A DNA stretch of 64,000 nucleotides from Giardia intestinalis (Eukaryota). The translations under genes and the position numbers were made by a program. The notes under the pieces are model-generated. The model searched no databases, was not told the DNA's origin, and saw nothing but the letters and a program-made list of their open reading frames with translations. The stretch is taken from the NCBI GenBank assembly GCA_000002435.2, contig CM018791.1; one strand, 5' to 3'. Positions 9,097-19,000 of the stretch are shown here, piece after piece; positions within the stretch are counted from its first letter, which is position 1; each line of letters opens with the position of its first letter.

Positions 9097-12000
9097 ATGG
9101 TTCAAATCTTATCGACTCCTTGTAAAAGTTACAAAAAAGAAGGAGTCCGCGCTATGAATTTCTCCGTTAGTACCAAGAAAGAGTGGTTTGCAAGTATCCT
9201 CGCGCATCGCTATGAGACTGTGCGCGCTTCCATGAAGAAGTTCAGCAAGTCCACAGACGTGGATGGGGAAACTGGGCTCATGTTGGCCACTCGCAACAGC
9301 GATATGGAAATGATCCGGATTCTCATGCCCGTTGAGGCGAAGCTCACCAATAAGGATGGGCTGACCGCATTAATGATTGCTGCGATGCTTGATAACAAGG
9401 ATACGTGTGAAGTCCTTGCAAAGGTGGAGAGTGACGTCATCCTCAAGGATGGCCAGAATGCACTTATGATCGCGGCTGCTAATGGCTCTCTTTCCGCTAC
9501 CAAAATGCTCCTGCGCCACATACAGTACGTTACAGACGATCTGGGGTGGACGGCTCTTGACCACGCAGCAAACGGAGGACATCTCAAGTGCGTGCAACTG
9601 CTTGTTGCAGAAGTCCCGTCCCTTACTGTTAGCGACTTCGAGAACGCTATCTCTGTGGCCTATGACAAGGGCCATTCGCATGTCGTCGATTACCTAGCGT
9701 CTATGATTTACCAGGCAGAAAAGGACACATATGGTGATGATAGTATGACTACTGGCAGCCCGTCCGGACAGACAAGGTCGCGCTCTTCCAGCAAAAGTCA
9801 CAAGAAGAACTCGCTAGAACAAGAAAATAAATCGCTCAAACAGATGAATGCCAAGCTGAATGAAGAGGTCGAAAGGCTGCGAGCTACAGACAAGCGGCGG
9901 CTACGCGAAACACCAAACGATGCTGAGCTGGAGGCAAGAATTCAGGAACTGGAGCGCGAAAACGATATGCTGCGCCAGACAATCCAAAAGAGAGACACTG
10001 GCAATAGCTCTAAGCATGGCGACAACTTGGACGCTAAGTATGACGATCTTTGGCATCAGAAAGAGAAGCTTGAGCAGGAGCTAGAGCACACTCGCAGAAA
10101 TCTGGAGGAGGCAAAGTCAGCTTACAATCGTGTCGATGATACGGAGGTCACGGCCCTCCGAGCTGAGCTGATAGAAGCTAGGGAAATTCAGGAGCAGCGA
10201 ACGCAGACGATCTCAACACTAAACAGGCAGATCGATGACATGCGAAGAGAGCTAGATTATTTGCGTGGAGACAACAAAGCCACGCGTGGAGATGCAGAGA
10301 ACATGGCCACCAGCGCGTCCCAGTTGGCAGGAGAGCTTCAGGACGCTCGTCATGAAATAGACAGACTGAATACCACAATCACCGAGCTCAGACAAGCTGG
10401 GAATCGCAATCCATACGATTCGAATATGGCTGTCCTTCAGCAAGGCCACGCCCAGATGCAGGACATTCAGGCCGAGAACAGAGCGCTGAAGCAGGAGCTT
10501 GACTACTATAGAAACATGCAAGCCAATCAGCCACCGTATCCTGGCTTGGCAGCACAGTCCTCGATGACACACTCTTTTAGGGACTACACTTCACAAGAAA
10601 AGGTAGACCTTAACGGCCCACATGTAATAAGATCAAAGCAGGATCCAGAGAGGGAGCGGACGCTCGACCTACTTCGGTTAGAAAATGCAGATCTGCGTGA
10701 GGTCATAAGGATGCGCGTGAACCCTGTAGCCTTAGACACTGACCCAGAGTCCATTGATGGGAAAATACTTCGGTTAGATAAGCTTAGGGTCGAGAATGAT
10801 CTTCTTAGGCACGAAATCCTGCTTAAGCACTCAATTCTTACCCTCAACATGGAGAAGGATCTTCAGACCATCCGAGCAGAAAATGTTCTTCTGCGCGACG
10901 CGCTTCGGTCCCGCACCTCTACATATGTCCCTCAGGATCTTATTGACCAACTCACTCGACAGAATGACATTATTGCAGCGGAGAACATAGAATATAGGCG
11001 TGCCATTGGCCAAGCAGCTTCTGTGCACCAGCCGTCATACCAAGACGGATATTCGCCTACTCTCAACCCCACTCTGCATGGAAATGGCGGATCCATACCA
11101 CCAGCAGTTATCCAGGAGATAGAGTCTCTGCGGCAGGAGAATCAGACACTCAAGCATCAACTGGCGACTGCACAGCTTGCCCCTTCGGTAGAAACTTTAC
11201 ATAGCACGCAACTTGTACAGCCCAACCACCCACCACTTGAGCTTCAGCGCGAGCTGGATAGACTCACAAATGAGAATATCGATTTGCGCTCCACAATTCA
11301 TCGTCTTCAGAGCAATCAGAATCAACCCCTTGGTAACTCAGTGTCAGACGCAACAGAGATCAGCATGCTGCGCTCAGAAAATGCTAGCCTCAGAGAGGCC
11401 ATGCGCACTCAGGTGCATGACACTAGCACAGGACTGCTTCACAGCCTCACTACAGAGATTGAGACGTTAAAGCAGGAAAACATTATGCTCAAGAATGCCC
11501 TTCATAACCAGCCACCTCCACCACAGCCCCAATCTGTCATCACTAATGTTGTTCCTCCGGAGACCACCTACGAGCTTGAAAGACTCAGAAACGAAAATGT
11601 GACACTCAAAGTTGAGCTAGATAAAACGCGCGCTAGCCTAATGACAGAGATAAACTCCCGTACTATGCAGAGCCAGGCCTCCTCCCAGCATCTTTTAACC
11701 GAGCTGGACACATACAAAGCGCAGATTCAGCGTCTTGAGCGCGAGAATGAACTACTCAGGTCCCTTCCACCTCAAAACATGGGCATGATGGGGACAAACG
11801 GGCCCATGCAAATCGTTATTCCAGGCCTTACACCAAATCGCGAGAACGTTAAGCGGGACGCTGATGGAAACACCAACCTTATCCGTGCTGTTAAAAATAA
11901 CAACATGGACCTTGTTCGCCGATTCTGGCCTGTCGAAGCTGGAGTCCAAAATAACAGAGGCGAATCTGCTCTGATGACCGCAATAGAAATGAACAACACA

Positions 12001-13470
12001 GACGCAGCCCTAATGCTTGTTGAAAGGGAGTCCGGGCTTCAGGATGCGACGGGCCGCTCGGCGCTCATGTGTGCCGCTGAACGGGATAATTACGAGGTTG
12101 CAGTCGAGCTTGCGCAACATGAGCAGGGCTTGAAAATGCCAGATGGTACAACTGCACTCATGATAGCAGCATCCAAGAACCATGTGCGGATCTGCAAGCT
12201 ACTTTCGGAGCAAGAGGGTCAGATGCGGAACACAGAGGGCAACACGGCTCTGCACATTGCTGCAAATCTTGATCACGCAGAAGCATGCGCAGTACTTGTG
12301 GAGCATGCAGGGCTCATTAAGGACAAGGCGGGCCATCTTGCCCTTCACAATGCGTGCATCAGAGGGAATAAGAACGCAGCCCGCGCTCTCTATCGCAAAG
12401 AGAATGGCTTCCATCAGTTTGATGGTTGGACTCCGTTGATGGGTGCAGCGGCCATTGATGACATGACAGAGCTTCGGTTCTATCTTGAGAACTACGTCGG
12501 AATGAAGGACAAGGATGGCATGACTGCGCTCATGTATGCTGCGGTTTGCAACAATCCCAATGCCATTCTGCAGCTCTTGGAGAGGGAATCAGGAATGCGC
12601 ACTAACAAGGGCTACACCGCGCTCATGCTTGCAGCTGAGAAAAATAACGTCAATGCGGTGCAGGTCCTCATGCCCAAGGAGGCTACAATTATGAACAACG
12701 AACGGGAAACGGCCCTGATGATCGCATCTCGGGCAGGTGCCACAGAGTCTGCACGCATCCTGGTGCCCACAGAGGGTGGCATCCGCATGCTGGATGGAAC
12801 GTCCGCACTTAGACTCGCGCTCGATTACAACAACCAAGAACTAGCCCGGTTCTTAGCAGAGCGAGAAGGGATTGCTGTGGGCCAACTCACGCGTGACTTC
12901 CACGGCCGAACAGATCTCATGCGCGCCGCAGAAGAGGGAGACGCCGTATCGGTTTACTGTCTGTTGCCAAGTCAGGGCGGACTTGTTGATGTCGACGGGA
13001 AGACGGCGCTCATGTACGCCTGCGAGCGTGGGCATGTTCAGTGTGCAAGGCTGCTCAAGGAGAAGGAAGCAAGGATGCGCCGGACGATGCGCGACTCATG
13101 GGAGGGTCAGACGGCGCTTATGTTTGCAGCGCAGGCAGGAAGTGTGGAGATCGTAGACCTGCTAATCGACGTTGAGGGAGGCTGCTCTTGCGCCAACGGA
13201 TGGACTGCTCTGATGAGCGCAGCCAGATTCAACAAGGTGGCATGTGTTGAGGCGCTCCTGGACCGCGAGGCGCGCATGCAGACAAATGAGCGGTTCGCTG
13301 CTGGGGCAGGATACACGGCCCTTATGGCTGCCGCAGAATGGTCGTTCATTAAGTGTGTGCGCGCACTGCTTCCTCGCGAGCATGATATCAGGCACTCCAG
13401 CGGAAAGACCGCGATAGACTTTGCGAAGACGAGCACCATCCTCGAGTGCATCAACAACTACCGTCCTTAG
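9097..13470 (+). CDS. Ankyrin-repeat plus coiled-coil protein ('protein 21.1'-like), 1457 aa. About 4 N-terminal ankyrin repeats, ~650-aa coiled coil, ~17 C-terminal ankyrin repeats. The true start may be the second ATG near 9154 (MNFSVSTKKEWF...).
   Basis: ORF in track. N-terminus is paralogous to the divergently transcribed gene at 6685..8967 (WF..I..R...GETGLM.A.R..D.E...IL.P.E). Alignment and an AT-rich tract (aaaagttacaaaaaagaagg) favour the second Met. Confidence 0.8.
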   Translation: MVQILSTPCKSYKKEGVRAMNFSVSTKKEWFASILAHRYETVRASMKKFSKSTDVDGETGLMLATRNSDMEMIRILMPVEAKLTNKDGLTALMIAAMLDNKDTCEVLAKVESDVILKDGQNALMIAAANGSLSATKMLLRHIQYVTDDLGWTALDHAANGGHLKCVQLLVAEVPSLTVSDFENAISVAYDKGHSHVVDYLASMIYQAEKDTYGDDSMTTGSPSGQTRSRSSSKSHKKNSLEQENKSLKQMNAKLNEEVERLRATDKRRLRETPNDAELEARIQELERENDMLRQTIQKRDTGNSSKHGDNLDAKYDDLWHQKEKLEQELEHTRRNLEEAKSAYNRVDDTEVTALRAELIEAREIQEQRTQTISTLNRQIDDMRRELDYLRGDNKATRGDAENMATSASQLAGELQDARHEIDRLNTTITELRQAGNRNPYDSNMAVLQQGHAQMQDIQAENRALKQELDYYRNMQANQPPYPGLAAQSSMTHSFRDYTSQEKVDLNGPHVIRSKQDPERERTLDLLRLENADLREVIRMRVNPVALDTDPESIDGKILRLDKLRVENDLLRHEILLKHSILTLNMEKDLQTIRAENVLLRDALRSRTSTYVPQDLIDQLTRQNDIIAAENIEYRRAIGQAASVHQPSYQDGYSPTLNPTLHGNGGSIPPAVIQEIESLRQENQTLKHQLATAQLAPSVETLHSTQLVQPNHPPLELQRELDRLTNENIDLRSTIHRLQSNQNQPLGNSVSDATEISMLRSENASLREAMRTQVHDTSTGLLHSLTTEIETLKQENIMLKNALHNQPPPPQPQSVITNVVPPETTYELERLRNENVTLKVELDKTRASLMTEINSRTMQSQASSQHLLTELDTYKAQIQRLERENELLRSLPPQNMGMMGTNGPMQIVIPGLTPNRENVKRDADGNTNLIRAVKNNNMDLVRRFWPVEAGVQNNRGESALMTAIEMNNTDAALMLVERESGLQDATGRSALMCAAERDNYEVAVELAQHEQGLKMPDGTTALMIAASKNHVRICKLLSEQEGQMRNTEGNTALHIAANLDHAEACAVLVEHAGLIKDKAGHLALHNACIRGNKNAARALYRKENGFHQFDGWTPLMGAAAIDDMTELRFYLENYVGMKDKDGMTALMYAAVCNNPNAILQLLERESGMRTNKGYTALMLAAEKNNVNAVQVLMPKEATIMNNERETALMIASRAGATESARILVPTEGGIRMLDGTSALRLALDYNNQELARFLAEREGIAVGQLTRDFHGRTDLMRAAEEGDAVSVYCLLPSQGGLVDVDGKTALMYACERGHVQCARLLKEKEARMRRTMRDSWEGQTALMFAAQAGSVEIVDLLIDVEGGCSCANGWTALMSAARFNKVACVEALLDREARMQTNERFAAGAGYTALMAAAEWSFIKCVRALLPREHDIRHSSGKTAIDFAKTSTILECINNYRP
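11857..13440 (+). repeat. Coding array of ~17 tandem ankyrin repeats (Giardia '21.1'-type: E.G....G.TALM.AA) in the C-terminal third of the 1457-aa protein
   Basis: Recurring ~33-aa units, e.g. GESALMTAIEMNNTDAALMLVERESGLQDATGRSALMCAAERDN... through ...GKTAIDFAKT. Confidence 0.75.
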
Positions 13471-13504
13471 GGCAGAGGAGATGTAAACACACCGCACCAA
13501 AGCA

Positions 13505-13511
13505 ATTTACT
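13505..13511 (-). terminator. Polyadenylation signal AGTAAAT for small TM gene A
   Basis: AGTRAAY match ~30 nt after the stop at 13543, in the 72-bp convergent spacer. A near-match TGTAAAC (13482-13488, plus strand) may serve the convergent gene. Confidence 0.55.
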
Positions 13512-13542
13512 AGAGACGATCAGAAGAATAAGTCTAAGGTGG

Positions 13543-13953
13543 TTAGCAAACTCCGCACATGGCCAGCGAGCCGATTATGATGACGCAGATAGCACACACT
13601 ACAAGTACAACAAAAGCGACGTGAGTGAACCAGGTTTCTACTGGCATACTGGAGGACCAATTCTCATACCAAGGCTGCGCCAGGCCCCACCAAAGCATCA
13701 TGGCACCGCGGAAAAGGTGGTGGGCGATAAAGCCAGACCAGGAGTTCTCGATGAAGGAGTCCCCAAAGCCCGTCCCGAAATCAGAGATGAGAGTGATGAC
13801 CATCCAGAAGAGGAGGGCAAGCTGGTAGACGTGATTCCCGACATGGTCGGTGCCCAGCAGCATCTTAGTGAGCATACCAATGCCGCCTGCAGCAGCCCCA
13901 ACGACCGTGAACCACTTCGCAGTCTCACCCGCGCAACCGGACGCCTTAGTCAT
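13543..13953 (-). CDS. Small ~4-TM membrane protein, 136 aa. Paralog A of a tandem pair. Weak TMEM14-like GG-x-G helix motif.
   Basis: ATG at 13951-13953. Hydrophobic segments with small-residue motifs (AAAGGIGM). ~25% identity to the next gene. AGTAAAT downstream of the stop. Confidence 0.65.
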   Translation of the reverse strand: MTKASGCAGETAKWFTVVGAAAGGIGMLTKMLLGTDHVGNHVYQLALLFWMVITLISDFGTGFGDSFIENSWSGFIAHHLFRGAMMLWWGLAQPWYENWSSSMPVETWFTHVAFVVLVVCAICVIIIGSLAMCGVC

Positions 13954-14068
13954 TTTAAATTCCTCGCAACAGTATTTTTTAAATTTGTCCGCAAGCCGAT
14001 TTTCGCATTGCAGTCGCCGATCTCAGGCAACAAGCACGTTATAGATCGAGCATGGAGAGTGGGCGGAG

Positions 14069-14482
14069 TCAGGCGCAAAAGTGAAGAGCTATTCCCAAAA
14101 TCATGACCAAGGCTCCTCCCGTGAGTAAGATGATCCAAAGCACCTTTGTGAGAATGAAAAGTGTTGTAACAGATGCTAAAAGCTGCGTCCAGGTAGTGTA
14201 GCAAGGGAGCATAAGCGAGATTATGATCATACAAGCGCCCCGCTTTACGGGCATTCTTCCTGTCTCTGAGATATACTTAGCATTGAGCGTGTTTGCCGGC
14301 TCCAAACTGAAATCCGCAAGACCCATGAGGACAAGCCACATGGATAAGACTAAGTGTAGCAGAAAGTCGCCCACATATGAGCCCTGGAAAAGAAGAGACG
14401 CAGATGCAAGAGCCCCTGCTGTGCAGGAACCAACGCTGATCCACTTGATCACGCTTGAGAGGACATCTGTGCGATCAGCCAT
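14069..14482 (-). CDS. Small ~4-TM membrane protein, ~138 aa. Paralog B of the tandem pair. The track ORF 14069..14689 begins at a TTG; the true ATG is at ~14480-14482 (MADRTDVL...).
   Basis: The first codon of the track ORF is TTG (CAA on the plus strand at ~14687-14689). The first in-frame ATG gives a protein the same size as paralog A. Shared K-W...G..G...W.V...DF...RGA.M signature. Confidence 0.6.
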   Translation of the reverse strand: MADRTDVLSSVIKWISVGSCTAGALASASLLFQGSYVGDFLLHLVLSMWLVLMGLADFSLEPANTLNAKYISETGRMPVKRGACMIIISLMLPCYTTWTQLLASVTTLFILTKVLWIILLTGGALVMILGIALHFCA

Positions 14483-14553
14483 TGAGCGGTGGCCCAAAAT
14501 CTGCTTTAAAATTACATCGAAGCTAGGCGAAAAGTCTGGACAGTCTGAGTGGC

Positions 14554-16029
14554 ATGACAAATGCGTACATGGGGGCGACAGACATAGAGAGCACCGCTCT
14601 GCAGGAGCGATGTTCAACTCTGCAGAAGGAAAACTATGAGTTGAGACAGCGGGTCTTTTCTCTTGAGAAGAAACTTGCAGACACGTCAAACAGCCTTAAA
14701 GATGAGTGTGCACGCGAGAGGGCCCGGTACAGAGCTCTAGAGGCGAAGATGGATGAATTTCAGCTTACAACAGAAAGGCATGCTACAAAGCGTGTTGAGG
14801 ACCTTATGCTTGAATGTAGGGATTTAAAGGCCAACTTATCACGAGAGCGGGACCGCACAAAAGCAATGGAGCAGGAGCTCGATGCCCTGTCCAGCTATGC
14901 CAGCGAACGGATCAACCTTTCTCGCCGCCTGGAAATAGCAGAGTCTCGAGTGTCAGACCTAGAAACTCTCCTCGATGTAGATCGAAAGCAGTTCCTTGCA
15001 GAGGCGGCAGAGCAGCGGGCAATGCTCGAAAGCAGGCACCGTGCAGAGGTCCAGGCTGCCGTTGAGGAAGCAATCCGGGCCACCAATGAGAACATTTCCA
15101 CCGAAACGCGCCTCCTCAGAGACCAGAACCAAATCTTGCAGAAGTCAGTTCTTATTTTGAAGGGTTCGGGCGGCAATACAGGTACGAGGCGGGTTCCCAC
15201 AATCAGCAGGATGGAGTCAGAGCTTCCTGGTACCAGCGTGAGCCGCTCACGAACGACCTCTCAGCTCTCCATGGCCAAGGCATCTGTCTCCGGGCATATA
15301 AACTGCGACGAAATAGAAAAGTTTGAAATGGACATCAGCAGAGGTTTAGAAATGAGGATAGGAGAACTCAAAATGACTGTCAAGCATCTTCAAGCAAAAC
15401 TCGAAGAGCAGGCGTCCGATTTTAAGCGGGAGAAAAACGAGGCTAGTGAGTTTATCGCCAATCTCATCTCGAAGTTCAACAAGGAACGTGCAGATCTCCT
15501 CTTCGAAATAAAGTCTCTCGAAAAGCTCGTCTATGCTAAGTGCAAAGAACTCTACAAGCTGCGGACTTTGGCGCAAATGCTTCTTCAGCGCAGGACTGAT
15601 CTGGAAGCGTTTTTATCTAAGCTCTTGGCTGCAACCCTCGACCTGGAGACGAGGGCTATCAGCCCCTACACGATGGCTGAGTACTTTGACGTTGAAATGG
15701 GCCGCCGGCGGTCCTGGTCGCCGTCTCCACCACCAGATTACCGATACACTAGCGGTGCCATCCCCCGAAGCATTTCCTCGGGTTCCGCTCCTGCAGCAGG
15801 AGCGGGGACTTGTCGGGAACTTGCCGCCATCATGACCCGGACTAACCTGAATTCAAACGAGGCTCTCTCCTCCATCACACCGAAGATGCCGCGCACCATG
15901 GCAGAAATGGAGCGCTCTCTAAATACTGCTATCCGAGTGCGCTCTGATCCACTGATAAATTCATTGAGTTCACAAGAGGTTGCTAATATTGTACGCGACT
16001 GGATTACGAAAATAGACATCCCCCTCTAG
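14554..16029 (+). CDS. Coiled-coil protein, 491 aa, hypothetical (probably cytoskeletal)
   Basis: ORF with an ATG start. Heptad-rich, e.g. LQKENYELRQRVFSLEKKL. Its stop lies only 10 bp from the stop of the convergent 3147-aa gene. Confidence 0.7.
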   Translation: MTNAYMGATDIESTALQERCSTLQKENYELRQRVFSLEKKLADTSNSLKDECARERARYRALEAKMDEFQLTTERHATKRVEDLMLECRDLKANLSRERDRTKAMEQELDALSSYASERINLSRRLEIAESRVSDLETLLDVDRKQFLAEAAEQRAMLESRHRAEVQAAVEEAIRATNENISTETRLLRDQNQILQKSVLILKGSGGNTGTRRVPTISRMESELPGTSVSRSRTTSQLSMAKASVSGHINCDEIEKFEMDISRGLEMRIGELKMTVKHLQAKLEEQASDFKREKNEASEFIANLISKFNKERADLLFEIKSLEKLVYAKCKELYKLRTLAQMLLQRRTDLEAFLSKLLAATLDLETRAISPYTMAEYFDVEMGRRRSWSPSPPPDYRYTSGAIPRSISSGSAPAAGAGTCRELAAIMTRTNLNSNEALSSITPKMPRTMAEMERSLNTAIRVRSDPLINSLSSQEVANIVRDWITKIDIPL

Positions 16030-16039
16030 CCCCATTCAC

Positions 16040-19000
16040 CTAGCTGTACCATCTGAATGTCTCTCTTTGATACCCTACAATTGCGCCATCTACCACAGCC
16101 AAAGAGTCGGCTAGTATCTCAGTCTCACAGACCTTCCTTATGTGTTCTGAAACGTCAGAATCGAGGGAGTATACGAGCTGCTTATTCACGAGCATGTACC
16201 CTGCAAAGCCATCGTCGTACCCCCCGAAGAAGGCAATGTGCTGTACAGGCGCTGGGACACTCAGTGCTTTTATGTGTATGTTTCCCAAGGTGTACAGGTA
16301 TATGTAATATTGGAGCGTCCTTTCCGAGTCCACTGTTGTGTCGTCATTTAGGACAGAGAGACCAACAGCAATGAGCCCTTGCCGCTCATGCACTGCGCAG
16401 TAAGTGATTGCTAGCTTTTCTTCATATGAGATTCTAAATTTGGCTAAGAGGTAGGGAGAGTCTGTTTCTCGTGAACCATAGGATACAGTCCGATGCAGTG
16501 AATTATATTCCAGGACATGAAGAACATGGGGCGAGTAGTAGCAAACCAGTGAGAGCTCGGGAACGTGGAGAAAACTTGACATGGCCAGTCGGCTGTAGTA
16601 TCCTACATCGAGGGGACAATGCTGAATGATAAATAATTGTGGCTGTGCATCAGTAGACAGGTTGCGGATATTGGCCAATATGATCCCCTGGTCGGTGTAT
16701 AAGTGGAGGACATACCCATAGAAGGGCATGTACCCTGCACTGTCGATCTTAGTTATAATGGCATTTTTGCTTGTAGAGCACCGTCTACCGAGTGTGCTGG
16801 CCAGCTTGAATGTAGTGATGTGCATTCCTATGGTCTTGCCTTGCTTAGCTAGCTGAGCCACGGGGATGTTTGTCAATAACCGTGGCTGCGAGCCAGAAGC
16901 ACGTGAGAATCCTAGAATAACGATCTGCCCTGGAGGTGGGTGTTGTGCTCCTGATAGCAATTGATCTGGAGTGTTGAGGCTTCCTGACTCTTGTTCACGC
17001 CCAAGGTTACCACCGGTGAAGACGGAGGAAAGCCCTCCGGACCCTCCTTTTGGAGCTACGTGGAAGGAGTCCAAGAATACCTTAGACAGCTCGAATACGC
17101 TGATCTCTTGGCGATTAATATCAAAGTAGAGCATGTAGGTATCTATGACAATGCAGTCTTTGGTGGTCCAAAGCAATCCATTTATGTGATTTGCCAGAGT
17201 AACGTGTCGTCCTGCAACACAGAGCGCTGGCTGGTTAAAGTGCCGAAATATTAGATCGCACTTTTCAGTTACACTTTGCACAGACCCTGGTGTCAACTGT
17301 TCAAAAGGAACCGTATGCAGATATCTTCTTATATCAACGCTGTGCGTTAGAACTAGCTCTTCGGCCATCTTTGTGGGCTTGTGCACGTTATCCATCAGCG
17401 CCAGCAACTTGGAAAGCTCGTCTTGATGCAATCGTATAGGATAGGTCCCAAAGTAAAGACTCGTAGCGATGCTTGCCTCACCTGGAGAATACTCCGCAGT
17501 GCCACTGGGAAAGAGATTCAGTGCATCCAGAGATTGCTGCTTAGATCCAAATAGTAACTCAATCCACGACCGGAGCCCTCCCTGGTCTGCTTGATTGGAG
17601 AAGATTGTAGATTCTAGAGCAGTTCTCTGAGCATGCACTGTGTCGATCGCCTGCGAGGGTGTGGATTGCAAGGCTTCCGTTACAGTTTCGGCGTCAGAGG
17701 AAAGCTGCAATCCGTTAGTATTTGTAAAAATATACGGAGTATAGAAGAGTTCCGGAATGGCCTCGTGGAATGAGCTGCCCAGCTCCACTTTCTCCCAGTG
17801 AGATCGCAGGCTAATGAAAAGTCGTGAGAAGGCATCCAAACACCCACCTTGGAGATTGCGTTGTAACGACGTAAAGGGCTCCACACAAAAACAATAATAA
17901 GGAAGAGTCATGTTGTTACTTATGAACGTTCTGAAGAGGGGGCTTGCCGAAAGTAACTTCATGGCGGAGGGAGACAGATTGGCTCTTTCAAGGCCTTTTC
18001 TAAAGAAAGAAATGGCGTCTTCACTGCTCGCTGTAGCAGCCTTCTCCAGTGTCTGCATGCTTTGCTTAAGGATGTCGTTAAGGAAAGCAGTTGCAGCCAT
18101 CTTGTCCTGAAGAGATGTGCTTTGCAGCTCACCAAGGGACATCTCTGCATACTTGGCGATGCTCTTACAGAGGGAGGTGTTGCTCTGTGCAGGCAGCGGA
18201 TACCTTAGATTTCGCGGCTTAGCAGATTTTCGTGGAGACAATGCTGGGAAAATGGGGTATATGTAAGATACAACAGGGGAACGCGCTGCGATCATGTTCA
18301 TTGCCGAGAGCAATGTGAATACAGAGAACTGGATCATTGTCAGAGAAATGGTATTGTTAGCCATCAAGAGAGAGATACGGCGACCCAAGATCAGCCGTAG
18401 CTGTCCAAGGAGCTCTGCCTGGAAAGTAGACACAATGGTCTCGAAGTCCAAGAGAACACCCTTCTTCTTATAAGGGGACTTGGAATAGTAGTAGCAGGTG
18501 CCATAAGCGCTTCCACTACCAGATTCTCCGCACCCGAACCGACGGTAATAACCGTAATTGTGAATCAGCTTAACTGCATGCTCTTGCGTTTTGAAGAGTA
18601 GGACATGCACAGCCCCATTAGATTCGATTATCTGCAAGGCAGGTTGCATTCGAATAAAGAAGAACGGAACCATGTATAGGATTCGCGAATACTCAATGGA
18701 CAGTTCAACCTCCTTATACTTATGGTAGGCCCTATTCTGAGTAGACATACAATAGTCGTAGAGCCCATACGATATCCGCCGGCCAAAGCTGTCCTGCTTC
18801 CTAGAAAAGCTATTTTCTAGATGGATGCTTCGAGGGTTATCCTTTGTGCACAAGAGACGCCTCAGAATAGAGAACGACTCTGCTTCTTGATGCTCCTTAA
18901 TAGCAGAGTTTGCGGGTTCATCTGCAGCTTGAAGTGCTCCAGTGGAGTCGTCTGCATCGCTCTCTGATCGCTGGTCAAATCGCGCCCAATTGAATAGAAA

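Noticed and set aside
9095-9110. tRNA-like T-loop sequence GGTTCAAATC
   Set aside because: The flanks cannot form a T-stem or acceptor stem, and there is no D- or anticodon-arm arrangement. It is simply the start of the 1457-aa ORF (M V Q I L).
13621-14106. 161-aa plus-strand ORF spanning the small TM gene A region
   Set aside because: Antisense to a gene whose paralog next door supports the minus-strand reading; its ATG context is poor.
14483-14689. N-terminal 69 residues of track ORF 14069..14689 (overlapping the plus-strand gene's ATG at 14554)
   Set aside because: The track ORF starts at TTG. That region is better explained as the spacer and promoter between the small TM gene B (ATG ~14482) and the divergent coiled-coil gene.
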